From Yuukianura sp. NJ FZ-2021 (Eukaryota), in assembly GCA_046563655.1 (NCBI GenBank), contig CM102285.1:14694001-14758000 (forward strand): a stretch of DNA of 64,000 bases. The letters run 5' to 3'. Position 1 is the stretch's first letter. Each line of letters begins with the position of its first letter. The translations under genes and the position numbers were made by a program. Positions 1-13,641 of this stretch are shown here, in pieces. The notes beneath the pieces are model-generated. The model ran no database searches and was not told the origin of the DNA. It saw nothing but the letters and a program-made list of their open reading frames with translations.

Positions 1-189
1 ATGCTATCAAGTGATTTTTGGTAAATGAAAGACCCGGTTTATTGCCGGGATAGATACGATTTACAACGTTTTTAGATACATGCACGATTATTTTTATGAA
101 GTTGAATATCACAATTTTTACGAAAACGTTTTTGTTAGATTTTGATTAGTTTTGACTTTTAGTATTTTTGGAACTTTTTGATGAAGATT

Positions 190-1048
190 TTAAGGAGCAG
201 GCGCAGCTCCTCCAACTTGAGCTGGACGGGGAGCAGCAGCAGCGACATTACCAGCAGCAGCGACATTACCAGCAGCAGCAGCTTGGGCTCGGGTTACACG
301 TTGGGCTTGACGATTGGGCATGAAGTCCTCAAGCCGAGCACGGCCGCTGTTGATGTCCTCCAGCATTCTGTCGTAGATTCGCTTCGCTTCGTCAGCCTGG
401 GCTTTGAACGGTGCTTGTTGTTCTGGAGTCATTGCGCGCCAAGCTTGGCTGCCAACCCGAGCCATCTCCGAAATTGATCGTCCATTGCCCTCACGCTAAA
501 AGCAAGAGAAATCAGGTGAGCATCTTATCTTAACTTAAAGCAATAGTAGTTCAGCACAATTTAAATGTTAACTTACATGCCAGAGGTCCTTGGCAAAACA
601 GATGAAAGCGTTTCCAGGACGTTTGAGCAACGTTTTCTTGGCTTGGTAATCTGCATATGCACGGCGGTAACGAGCCAATTCTGGACGAGCCTGGATCTCG
701 TAGCGTTGTCGTTGAACCGGATTGTTGCGCCAGATTTGTCCAGCGTACGGCATGACAGCAGGAGCCTACAATTTACAATCACAGATGATTATCGATTATC
801 GGATGCCTGGAACAACGAAATGATATACAGTCTTGTACGGTATGCCTTACCGTATGAAAGTTTCGAGCCATGGCTGTCCGGAAGTAGTCACGAACAAAGA
901 GGTTGAATCCTGATGGAGGTTTCCGTGGTTTCGGTGGCATGAGGTTCGCCACTCGTCGTCCTTGAATGTGCTTCCGACGACGACGAATGAGTCGTCCACC
1001 ATCTCTGGCACGAAGAAGGTTTCGCATTGCCAGTGCTCGTCGAACCAT
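190..1048 (-). CDS. Two-HMG-box DNA-binding protein with Arg-rich N-terminus (230 aa, 3 exons: 1048-851, 765-577, 495-190)
   Basis: HMG-box starts PPKPRKPPSGFNLFVRDY and KRPGNAFICFAKD, each followed by a W...helix-3 pattern (GQIWRNN..RQRYE; SQAWRAMTPEQQAPF). GT-AG introns 850-766 and 576-496 join three separate ORF-track fragments in phase 0. Confidence 0.85.
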
Positions 1049-1197
1049 GTTGACGGAGATACTTGTTGAACTTGGTTTTTTGAGTAAAGGTCACTCGAAA
1101 GGTCGATGTTTTTGATTTGAAAAGGAAGTTGAGTCGGTGTGTCCTCACTGGTTGATGTACAACGTAGACCTGAAGGCCAAAAAGTCCTTGTCTCCAG

Positions 1198-1361
1198 TAT
1201 TTATAGGGTTTCAAAATGACGTCAGAAGACTCCTCCCCCGGGAGGCTGTGCAGAATTCCAATTGGCTGGAAGATGTTGTGAAGTTTGCAGCGGTCATTGA
1301 CCTCATATCAGCTGTTTAGCTGCGAAACCGAGGTCAATCACCTACACACAGGCCACGCCCC
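1198..1361 (-). promoter_or_regulatory. Core and proximal promoter of the HMG-box gene
   Basis: TATAAATA on the minus strand (1205-1198) about 30 nt upstream of a TCAG initiator-like site near 1172. Also palindromic CRE TGACGTCA (1217-1224), CCAATTGG (1258-1265) and GC box CCACGCCCC (1353-1361). Confidence 0.55.
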
Positions 1362-1677
1362 TTGATGCGAACAAACAACTTTCTGCCAAACAATTTCACT
1401 CTCCGCAGCGGCCAAGGTTGCTATGACGATGTTTGGAACTGATTTAAACAAAAACGAATAAGTTAACGACGACGATTACCGGTAAAATTTAAACCTTCTT
1501 CAAGGTCTATCAATCATTAAAATTTGAATCGCTGATCCTGTAATTTTTGGAACTTTAGAATTTGAGGTCTTCAATCACTTTAATTTCAAATCCAACATTA
1601 ATTTTTCATCATCTTTACAAAGATAAACATTAACTTTAAAAAATTAAGTTTAATTTTAACTATGTCATGCTTGTGGT

Positions 1678-4175
1678 CTAGTGTTTGGTACGTTTTAGTG
1701 AAATTGTGGTGGAGAGAGGAGGTGAGGCAGTGAGTGGATTGAGGATTGGACTGGACGGAGACTGATATAGAGTTGCAGAACCAAAACCTGAATTAAACAG
1801 ACAGTAATTAAAGTTAAAGTTAAGTAGTTAACTTTATGTAATTATGTAATTGAACTAACCTGGATAGTAAGATGGTTGGAATCGTGATGAAAACATAGAA
1901 CTTCTACCAAATCCTTGTGGAGTTCCGATGTAAGGATTTTCAAATGAGGGCCCACCACCAGCATAACTATTGTACAATTTAGCAGGGTCTCTCATACCTG
2001 TTTACAAAAAGATTTAAAACAGAAGTTTTTAGAAAAACTGTTCAAAATTTTTGAATTTTGAAACAAATCCGACTCCTTACGAGACGAAAAAGCTGAGTCT
2101 TCGTCTGATTGTTGGTCCCACCTTTGTCGTTCATCTTTGAATCTGTCGCCAATACTACTGGCAGTACTTGGCCCCTCTCCCTGCACAAAGCGCAGAAGAC
2201 TCTTGTGTGTCTCTACTTCAGCGTTCACTTTCTCATGAACTGTCTTCACTTTGGCAGCGATTACTAACAGCGAATCCTTAATTGCTTTCAGCGACATGCA
2301 CAAATCTACGGAAAAAAAAATCAAGTCAGAAATCATAAAATTTACAGTTTCATGTTAGAAATCGACAAAAAGTTGCTGAATTTAACACATTTTGATGAAT
2401 TTTTACCTCTTGAGTTGAGCGAAGTATTTGAATCTAATGCAGCAATCGCTGATTCAGCTTTTCGGATTTCCCGCTTGTAAAGAGCCATACGATTTTCGTA
2501 GTCAGCGAATAAGCGATAGAAGAACTCTGTCGGTAAGTGATTTTCGGACTGCAGGACGGCTGGAGTCTCTCGTGTGATTTGGGCCATTTCAGCGTCTCTG
2601 ATGTCCTACATAAAAACATTTTCGAATTTCAAGTTTTTAGTACTTTTTTTAAATTTTGAAAACTTTTTGAAAACTGGAAGTCTTACTTGACTCATTTGCT
2701 GTTTGAATATTTCAAGGTTGTGCGTATGTCGTTGAATTGTATTTGATGTATTTAGAATCATACTCCTCGTTTCTTCAATTCCAGTCGTCACTTGCTCAAC
2801 AGTTTTGTATGAAGCTCGAGAAACTTCGGCCATGATGACCTTGTCGTTTTTTACACAAGTCCTGCAAAAAATAAAATAAAAATTTCCTAATTTCATAAAA
2901 GTATTGAACTAATTCCATTGCTAATTACTTCAGTTCATCCACAAGTTCGAGTAGTTCATTCGGAATTGGCAAGTCAACGACACTTCCATTGAAAGTAGAA
3001 GATGTTCCTCCCATTGTCGTTGCACTTCCAGCTCCGAGTCCGAATCCACCAAAAGTTGGTGCAGAGGTGGCAGGTCCCCCGCCAAGTCCGAAGCCACCAA
3101 GACTCGGTGCTGGTGCAGCAGTTGCTGTTGGTGCAGTTGACGTTCCGACACCAAAACCACCAAAAGTAGGAGCCGCTCCTGTCGTTGTTGTGGCCGTTCC
3201 AGTTCCGAATCCACCAAAAGTAGGGGCAGCAGTTGAGGTTGTCGCGGTTGTTGTAGTTCCAAATCCACCGAATGTTGGAGCTACTGTTGTCGCAGTCGAA
3301 GTTGTCGTGGCTCCTATTGTTGTGGCCGTTCCGGTTCCAAATCCGCCAAAAGTAGGTGCCGTTGTTGTGGCAGTTGCTGTTCCGAAACCACCGAAGGTTG
3401 GTGCTGCTGTTGCAGTTGGTGTCGCTCCAAACCCTCCGAATGTCGGAGCCGCTGTAGTTGTAACCGTAGGTGCTGCTGTTCCCGCCATTGGATTAGTTGT
3501 AGCTCCGAATCCACCAAAAGTAGGGGCTGCTGCTGGTTGTGCCGTCGTGCCAGTACCGATTCCGGTTCCGAATCCACTAAATGCTGGGGCTGCTGCTGCT
3601 GCAGTTGCAGTCGGAGTTGCTGTTCCGAATCCACCGAAAGTAGGGGCTGCTGCTGGTGCTGTCGTCGCAGTCGAAATCCCAGTGCCCAGACTACCAAATG
3701 TAGGGGCTGTTCCAACCGTTGGAGCTCCAGTACCAAAAGTAGGAGCTGCTCCAGCCGTTGTTGCCGTTCCAGTTCCGAAACCACCAAAAGTAGGGGCTGC
3801 GGCTGGTGCTGCAGAGGTTCCAGTTCCGAAGGCACCAAAAGTAGGTGCTGCTGTTGCCGTTGTAGCTCCAAAACCGAATGCGGGTGCTGCTGTTGTCGTC
3901 GTGGCGGTACTGAATCCGCCAAAGCCGGTTGAAAATCCAGTTGCAGCGGCTGTTGTCGTTGGGGTTCCGAATGCAAATGGAGTCGCGGTGGCTCCTGCTC
4001 CTGGTGCTGTCGTTCCGCCTCCAAACCCTGAAATAATCAATTTCATCAAACAAGCAGTTTAGTTTTCATTTTCAATCAACAAAACCAAAACGTGTACTGG
4101 AAAAAGAGTAGAGTGGATCGTATAAATCCGTTTTCATAAAGTAATTACTAAAAAGAAGAACAACTTACAGCTCAT
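1678..4175 (-). CDS. NUP58: FG-repeat nucleoporin p58/p45
   Basis: A 7-nt first coding exon (ATGAGCT|gtaagt, 4175-4169) is followed by a large exon of AAPTFGGFG repeats, then coiled-coil exons (ETPAVLQSENHLPTEFFYRL..). The C-terminus is basic (SLKRTKH*, stop 1680-1678), as in Nup58. Confidence 0.85.
3030..4027 (-). repeat. Coding FG repeat array (about 15 copies of APTFGGFG with Thr/Ala spacers)
   Basis: Repeated ccgaatccaccaaaagtagg unit on the plus strand, which translates as PTFGGFG on the minus strand. Confidence 0.9.
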
Positions 4176-4481
4176 GTCACTTTTTTATGAATTTGCGTAG
4201 CGAAACAAAAAAAGATTTTATGTAAACTTCTTATTAACCTTAGCGTTAATTTTAATTTAGAATTTCTAAATTTTCACCGAATAAAATTTATGCAAATTTA
4301 GTACATTACGGTTGTTGTAAAATATCCTGACGCACCCAAGCCATAGCTGGGCACTCAAAACTTTGAATTTACTTAGTCGAATTATGTAAATCTTTATATA
4401 ACAACAAACCAATTGTAATCTTAATGTAAATACTTTGCAAAAGAATCAACTATACCAATTAGTTTAGTTATTAGTAATTAG

Positions 4482-5108
4482 TTAATGGACTTGTCAAATT
4501 AACAATAACAATTTACCTTTTGTTTACGATTTGGTGTCAGCCATTGCCGTTAGTAACAAAGCAAAATCACTGCTCAAACGTACGAAAGTCGGCACTTTTT
4601 TGAATGGTTGATGAATCAAAGTTTTCAAACTACAACATTTCAAATCATCTGGGACTCAACAATCACAGTGTTCCCATGGAGACGGCTAATTTCAGTGCCG
4701 ACTTTTGCTAATTTGCAAATTACTATAGAATTTCATCTACTTTGGCTAATTAGATGTTCATTATAAGACCTAGAAATGCGTTTGAGGTGTCTAAAAATCC
4801 GGAAGACCATGGCGCTTAAGTCGCCGTGACCAAATTCCCGAATTTTTGTATCATTCGACGCTTAGAAAAAATTGAACTTTGTATTCAATTTTAGTATCAT
4901 TTCGCAACAAAAATTCAAATTCGGATCACTGCTCTGTATTCTACAGATAATGTCGAATTTTTAGAGCCCTTGTACGCATTTCTACGATATACCTGTGAAT
5001 TCTAATTAGACCTTAAAGTTAATTAATTTGAGGCGAAACGAGACACCCCGTTGCCATGTGTGATTCCTTCTTAATGGACTTGTCAAATTAACAATAACAA
5101 TTTACCTT
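4482..5108. repeat. Perfect 38-bp direct repeat (4482-4519 and 5071-5108) flanking a segment of about 550 bp
   Basis: ttaatggacttgtcaaattaacaataacaatttacctt occurs twice, identically. Confidence 0.9.
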
Positions 5109-5577
5109 AATAGTTTGTTTTTCGTGGGAATTTTAAAGACTTTGGCGGTTAGGATTTACCACCACAAAAAATAAAAAAAAAATCAACAAATTCTTCATTC
5201 ATTGTTCCGCTGAGGTTTGACTTTATATTCGCTTGATTTCATGTAACTTTTTTTACCTTCTTTTTTTTTACAATTAATTGTTAATCTTCGTAAATAAACA
5301 ATCAATTAATAATGAAATGATAACTATCACAATTGAGTTGTGCTAAATCCTCTGTCAATCGCTATATTACCATTTCCTGGTCCTGCCGTGAAGAAATTGA
5401 AAAACAAAGCAACAGGTCAATCTCTTCACTTTTAGCCCTTGCAGCTGCTGGTGAGAGTGAGACTACGAAACCGACACCCTTCAACGCTTAACGGTAAACT
5501 AATTAATCAAGGGTTGTTAATTTTCAGTTAGAAGAACAAATCGTCTAACTGTTTTTTTTTGTTTTGGGTTTTAGATT

Positions 5578-6741
<1,164 letters not shown>

Positions 6742-7433
6742 AAGAAACTTAAGACTGGAGAATGTTCCTCGGTAATACTTCAAGCCCAACCATCACACTG
6801 CCAATTTCCGGCAAAAAATGAACAAATGCTGCTCACCACTTTACATTTTCTACTCCAAAGCTAAACAGCTGATAAGTTTCCCAACTCCTGGAAACTTTTT
6901 TAAACTAAACTTAATGTTAAATTACTTGTGTGTTCTCGTAATTACTTCAATTTGTGACTACTATTTGTTATAAGCACTCGTGCTCTGCACTCTTTTTGTA
7001 ACTGGCACGTTGGTTCCTTCAATTCCAACAATCGGCCTAATCGTCATTAAACTTAATTTTAAAATCACTTTGCTGTTGAATGTAGCGAAAACATTAGAAT
7101 TAGAATTTATTTAACTTTGATGAGCAAAACTACTGCTAAATTGCATTTCAAGAGTTGCCAGTTCAGTTCATTTACAACTCAAGAGAAAATGACAACTCTA
7201 AAATGCATCCAAGAGATGAAGAGCAAAGTATTTACAGGACTAAATCTATCGCTACTTTCCTAACATCAAGAAAATGTCTAAAGATTTCTAGATTCCTGGC
7301 GCTCAACGAGAAGTTGAAGGAGAAACTTAAAGTTACGGACAGAGGAATTGATAAATAGTGAAGCTGTATGTTGTAAAAAGTTCTTCTCGTGAAAAGTTGG
7401 GATCTTGCGATGATGTTCGAAGTATCGAAGTGC

Positions 7434-9779
7434 TTAGACAGTTTCGTAACTGTAGCGAACGCTGCGAGCGAGAAAGCAGGCACACAGAACACCCAGAAGT
7501 TCGATGCCAGCCAGGACGAGAGCAATCACTCCAAGAGTTCCAACGGCAAAGTCATCAATTGCCTTTTGCAAGCATCCCTGCATCAAAACAAACGAGCAAA
7601 TCATGTAAGTAATGTAAATACCACAATAACATAAGTAATAGTACCAATAGTGTAAGTTATGTAAATGATGTAGCTTACATCAACATAGATAGTCTTTGCA
7701 GCCTTATCAGGGTCCATGTCAGTTGTAATTCCAAGGGAACAGATGACCGTGTCATCGTGGCAGCACGAGGTGGGAATGTCGAAGCGCACTGTCGGGTCGT
7801 TGTGCTCGAGGATTCCTTCCCAGTCGGTAAAGTTATTCGTTCCACAGCAGTGGAGCTACAAATACAACATAAGTTGAGATTAGAGTTTAACAAACTAATT
7901 GCTTTTTACTTAATTTTAAATAGCTAATTAATTAACTAACGATTGGCTATCTATGCTGGATGCTTCTTACCGAGCTCTGCAAAGCATCCCAGCTCTTGGT
8001 GGCTTCAATTCCGTCAGGTGTGTTCTGTCCATAGAGTTTTTGGGTTTTGGTGAGTCCATCTTCCAGCATGCTATGAACATCATCTTTGAGAGCAAAGGCA
8101 GCAAATGCTGCTCCCAATTCCAGAACCAGAATGAATCCAACCAGGACAGAGTACTGGAAAATCAGAACAAAAAAGACATATGTCACTACGCAATCTTAAA
8201 TCTTCATCAATTAATCGATTAATTCATGGTATGAAGTTCATACGGTCATGATCATGCAGTGGTTTTCTTTGTATGCACCGCAACATCCCAGAAAAGCAAT
8301 AATGAAGATGAGACATCCGACGGCAATCAGAAGATTTGGTGGAGCAGCGAATTCGTTGACGTGTATAAATGCCAAGTACTTCTCGTTCCATCCAGCCTTT
8401 GTCGAAACTCCAACTCCAAGCAAAACTGCTCCGATAATCTAAACAAGAAAGGAATTCAAAATTTAGCACTTTTCATTTTTGTAATAGCAACTCTCTCATG
8501 TCTCCTAGTAGTACTCAAGTCAAAAAGTTTTGAAACACGCCATAGACTTGGACATGCGACTGACTCATCTTCCACTTAACGACGTTTACATCATGTCCTA
8601 CGTCCTATTTCAACTGAAAACTGAAACTATTCATACAATTGTTATTCATTCGACCAAACAAACCAATTACTTATGTCCTTAAACCGACTTTTACAGTAGA
8701 CGGGAACAATGGCAATGCCATTATGGCATTCTTTTATCATGTTTATGTTAAGTCTGTCCATAAATCATAAACAAACTTCAATGATCAGTAAGAACCACTG
8801 TTATGTGAGTATCCCATATCGATGTTATCTCTGAGCTACCCGGAACTTAAATTTTGCAAGTAAACAAAGTCAGCTTTTTCGTAACGAAATGTTCACAACG
8901 TTTTGTACTTTGAACAGTTTCGATTATCGAACGATTTTCATTCCAGACACAAAATTATGAGTTGACATCCCCCCAAGCCGATTAATGTTTACAGTTACGA
9001 CCATAAGATTCTTAGCTCTTCCATTGTACATTTCTGTAATCTGAGATACTCTTTCCAATGTAGCAGAGATTACTAATCAGATAAGTACAAATGAATCATC
9101 GCTTGTTATCTGTAAACCATTCACGACAGCATTTTCAACATAAACAATCTCAATCGGTCCGGAGAATTGACTCGACCTTTGGCTATCCTTGTCCTTCTGG
9201 GAACGTTATGACGGGAACCAGATGTAAAACCATGCAAACTAAAAACTAAACTTACCCAATTAGATTAGATGATCATGATCAGAATGACCAGGTCAACGGC
9301 CTATCCCAATGCAAACGCTTAGCAATAACCGTAATACAACTCATTTAGTACCTCAACGTCAACCAGTTAGTCATTGCAATTTCCAAATTCAGGTTGCACC
9401 AACAACTTCCTACCCAACCCACCGGCAAATCTCTCTATAATAAAAAATTCCCTAAAGTAAGTGTTTCCTGCTTTCACCTAACCTGATTGCTGCTTTTACA
9501 ACGTAACCTAAACCATTAATCAATGATTAGATTGTTCAATGTTCATGTCAGCATACGAAACAATCAACTAACGTGAAATCACATTTGTACCCACTCCCCA
9601 CACAACTAACCGTTATCGTTATACCTTACCAGCTACAGAAAACGACGTGATCTCGATTTGGGTCACTAGTGAAAGACAGAGTAGAGGTCAAGGTCAAAAC
9701 AAAACGTTTAACTTACGACGAAGCAGAAGTTGAAGAGGAACAGCAAGTATTTGATCAGTTTCATCCCGCCTTGAACCAT
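7434..9779 (-). CDS. CD63: CD63-like tetraspanin (5 coding exons)
   Basis: Exon 1 MVQGGMKLIKYLLFLFNFCFV (9779-9717, not in the ORF track), FLGCCGAYKEN, HCCG and PTSCC in the large loop, and a final exon ending RSVRYSYETV* with a Yxx-hydrophobic lysosomal sorting motif. Confidence 0.85.
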
Positions 9780-10350
9780 CGTGAGACCGTTCTTCCGCCG
9801 ATTACCGCTGTGTAGTGTCAATTAATCAGTACTCAATTCAGTAGACAAATTGTTGAAGATGTAAGCAAACGTCCGTCCTTTGTCCTTCTACTGCCAATTC
9901 TGTCCGTCTCCTTCCTCTGTTTTCCTCTTTTCCACTTTCTTGTATCATATGACTGATATGCTAAGCAAACAACCCAATAGTCTATGTATCCATGCCTATT
10001 TCCTCCCCCTCTAAAGTCCGAACCAACATGTTTATAGGCTTTACGTCGCATGTGAGCATGAGTGTCCGAAAGACAATACTTGAAGAATGACTCACGGCTA
10101 AGCGTCATCGCACATGGTCTGGCCACAACTAAAAACACCCGGAACCTATGCTAGCATTAGGAATTAGCAAGTACATACAGTACTGGCAAGCGTTCCAGCA
10201 TTTGTTACACTGAAAATGTTGGGATAGTTGTATTAAGTCATATAAAAGTTCAATAAACCTAATTTTCAGGGAGTTCAGGGGTAGATCATGATCGCTGATG
10301 CTTGATCAATAACAAATCGCTGAACCAATGGGTGGAGCAATTGGCAGTTC

Positions 10351-13300
10351 TTAATTGATTTGTACTTCGATTTGCATCACTTTGCTGTAGACGTCTCCCG
10401 TCATGAAGTAGGGGACGAGACCGCAGTAGGTGACAAGTGCCTTGGCCTTCATCTTCACTTGTTCCAGCACTTGAGAACTGTCTCCCTTTGGTCCAATAGC
10501 TCCAGGTCGACCTTCCTGCTTGGCCTTCTTGTAGCGCGTATGCAGAGACTCCATTGTGGCTATGATCACATGCGGAATGTTCATTCGCACTTCGTCACTG
10601 TAGTTGTGGAAGTTGGACACACAGCGCTCAATCTCATCTTTATGAAACGGAAGGATTCGGAGACGCTCAATCAGCTAAAAACACCAAAATTGGTTGACTA
10701 CTTACACGAAAACTTAAAAAAAAACTTAAAAAAAAATACAAGAATTGAAGTTTTTTGTTTTATACCGTTAGAGCATTTTCGGTCCTTCGATGGTGAAACT
10801 CGTCGAAGAAGGTCATGAGGTCAACCAACAAGTAAAATGTGCTGGGAATAAGACGGTTGGAGAATTCAGGCTCTTGAGCATGGTACCTCTCAGCAAGAAT
10901 GAGAGCCAGTGCTTGGATTCGTGTTCTAGGAGAATCTTCTTCCGGTTTCAAACTCGCATGCTAAAAAGTTCAATTAACGTCAATTACTTTCTAAATTAAC
11001 GAAAAATTCCTAAACTTCTTACCCTTGAAATCAATCGGTTGAGAACAGTCAAAGCTGCTTCTGCTTTTCCACCCAAATCGTACAGTATAACAGCATCTTC
11101 CAGCATTCCGTTATTTTCTGACTCCGATGCACAATGATCCAACTGTCAAAGGCAAAAAGCACAATTTAGTAAAACTTTTCAAAAAAAAGTACTAAATTTT
11201 GAAAAAAGTACATATTTTGAAAAAAGTTCTCACAATTGGTCTGATGTTGATTCCCATTCCTTCCAGCATTCCAGGAGTGCGACATCCATCGGTATTGATT
11301 CCACCAAACAAAAGTTCAAAATTCTTACTCTCAATGGCCATGTTGCTCACACACACTGAAAACAAGTTGGCTCCACTCTGATCCTTGATGTTTCTACAAC
11401 AAAACATTAATTTTATATTATTATTATTATTATTATATTAACTAATTATTGATTAACTTAAACTTACTTGAGCAAGTAAAGGTAGTTGAGAGCTTCACGA
11501 GTATTGGATCCTTGGAACGTTTTGGCATACTGGGCCAGCACATGGCAGTAGTTCAGTCGTCGGATCCCCGGAGGATCAGTTTTCAATCGGCTCACTAAAA
11601 ACCAAACCATTTTCATTTCAGAATTTCTCAAAATTTCAGAAGAACGTTTGAAATTTTGAATGTTACATGGGAGACTGTTGACTTCTCCGGTGACAAGGAG
11701 TCCCATTTCGTACATGACAATTGCCACATGGACAGCATGAGTTCTCAAGTGCCCAATTCTATACATAAACTCCAAAGCAGCCTCAAACTGTCCAGTGAGC
11801 AGCAGTGCTTGGAAGTATGTAAATGGTTGATTGTAAGCATCGAAGTGCGTTTCTCCATACTTTTCTAGAATCATATCTTGGAAGGCAGAGTAGCTCAGGA
11901 AATCCGTTTGGATTTTGGATTCTGTCGGTGGATTTTCCCTGATTTGAGACAACTTCAGCCACAAGTAGTCGTCCAGTCGGTTACAGATTTCTGAATGGTC
12001 GTTTGTCACATCACAAGCTGCTAGAAGGCAGTAGACAAGTCTAACGACAAAAAAAAATTACGAACTCTTCAAAAATTTCAAAATTTCGAACTCTTCAAAA
12101 ATTTTCGTTTTAGTGAATTTTACTTTTTGAACGGATCCGTGCTGGTGGTTCGCATCACTCGCATGTACTCCAAGCGAACTTGGCTTTCCAGCTCCTTTGG
12201 TAGCCCAAGCGATCCCGAATTCATGTCGAATTTGACATATTCTGACAGGATTGTAGCGAAATCGAGGTTTCCAGCTTCGTTGCGCATGTAAGGAATGGCT
12301 TCCTGGACATGTCCACTGCGCAGATACAAGTAAGCCATGGCCCAAACTGGGCCACAGTCACCCGGTCCGACTTCCAATCCAGGAATTTCCAGAATGTTCT
12401 TCATAGAGACAAAGTTCTTGAGGATGGAAGTCACAGTCGGTATCCCACCTTACAAAAAAGAATGAAACAGTTAGATTTTTTTTCTAATTTTGAAAAAAAA
12501 TTAGAGTTTTAGAATTAAGTTGTTTCAAAAACTGACCAAGTCGTCCACCACCAAGGTTTTTCCAAACATCGCTCTGCACTTTGGCAAAATAAGTTTTCTC
12601 CAGATACTGTTTGGCGCTGAGAATTAAAGTTTTTCTCATTCGTGGACTCGACCGTTTCTCGATCACTGATTGGCCAGGATTCTGTGCAATTGGATTCAGC
12701 ATGGCAGAGACACTTTCCCACAGTTCTTGTACATTCTAACAAAAAAAGTAAACAATTAGACATAAAAAGCAAAAGAGTAAACAAACAAGTTAAAAAAAAG
12801 TAACTCACCTTATCGTTGATGTTGCGTGCGATGACCTCGAACTTTTCCAGAAGATTTGGTTTTGGCTGGTTCGTCACGAGTGTTTTGACATAAGAATCAA
12901 CTTCGTTGCTATAAGTAAGCTCCGTTTTGCTGAGAATGCTTGATCCTTCCGGTCGAGTGTCACTAAGCGACTGTTAAAATTGGAAAAAAAACTTATAATC
13001 CAGTGAAACCTGGATTGAATTTTTTTTTCTTACCCGGAACTCTGCTCCACTTGGAAAGTCGCCCAGTCCAGTGGAGTTCAAGAAAGACAAATTGCCAGAA
13101 GAATTGAGGTTGCTCAGAATGATTTCCTTTTCTTTAGCCCAAGCTTGTTTCAGTTCTGCTCGGACAGTTTCTCTGAGTTGGTTGAAGAGCGATTTAGAAA
13201 CTGCTTCTACTGAACTGTAAATGATGTGTGTCCTTTCGCCGCGGAGAAACCCATCTAGGTCGCCATCAGAAGCACAAACTCCTGCGGAAGGTTCGGAACT

Positions 13301-13641
13301 AACAATGTTGAAAAATGGCTCCAGTGTTTCTGTCATCCGGGTAATGTCTACGCCTCTTGTTCCAAAGAAAACTGACCTAAAAATGAAATATTGACGTATC
13401 AAATAAGAAAACGATTTGATGTCGTTTAGTTGTTTATTAAAGTTTACGCTTTTGTCTCCACACTTGGACCCGGCTCATCCCTTGTGCTTATGTTTCGATT
13501 GACGAGGAGTTGACCAGCTTCTAGAACTTGACGAAGATTCCTCTGAACTCTGGGCATATCAGTGCTTCCTTCAATTTCACATGACAAGGCCTCTGCTTCT
13601 TGAAGAAGCTTGCTAAAGTCAAGATCTTCTAACGTTCCCAT
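10351..13641 (-). CDS. NUP93: Nuclear pore complex protein Nup93 (Nic96 family), multi-exon
   Basis: N-terminal FSKLLQEAEAL..MPRVQRNLRQVLEAG, QYLEK, VWAMAYLYLRSG, TDPFKK, DDYLWLKL, LLTGQFEAALEF, HAVHVAI and C-terminal QIEVQIN*. Confidence 0.93.

Noticed and set aside
2989..4062. 357-aa plus-strand ORF with PNPPKVGA repeats, and other overlapping ORFs
   Set aside because: Antisense and alternate-frame shadows of the Nup58 FG-repeat exon.
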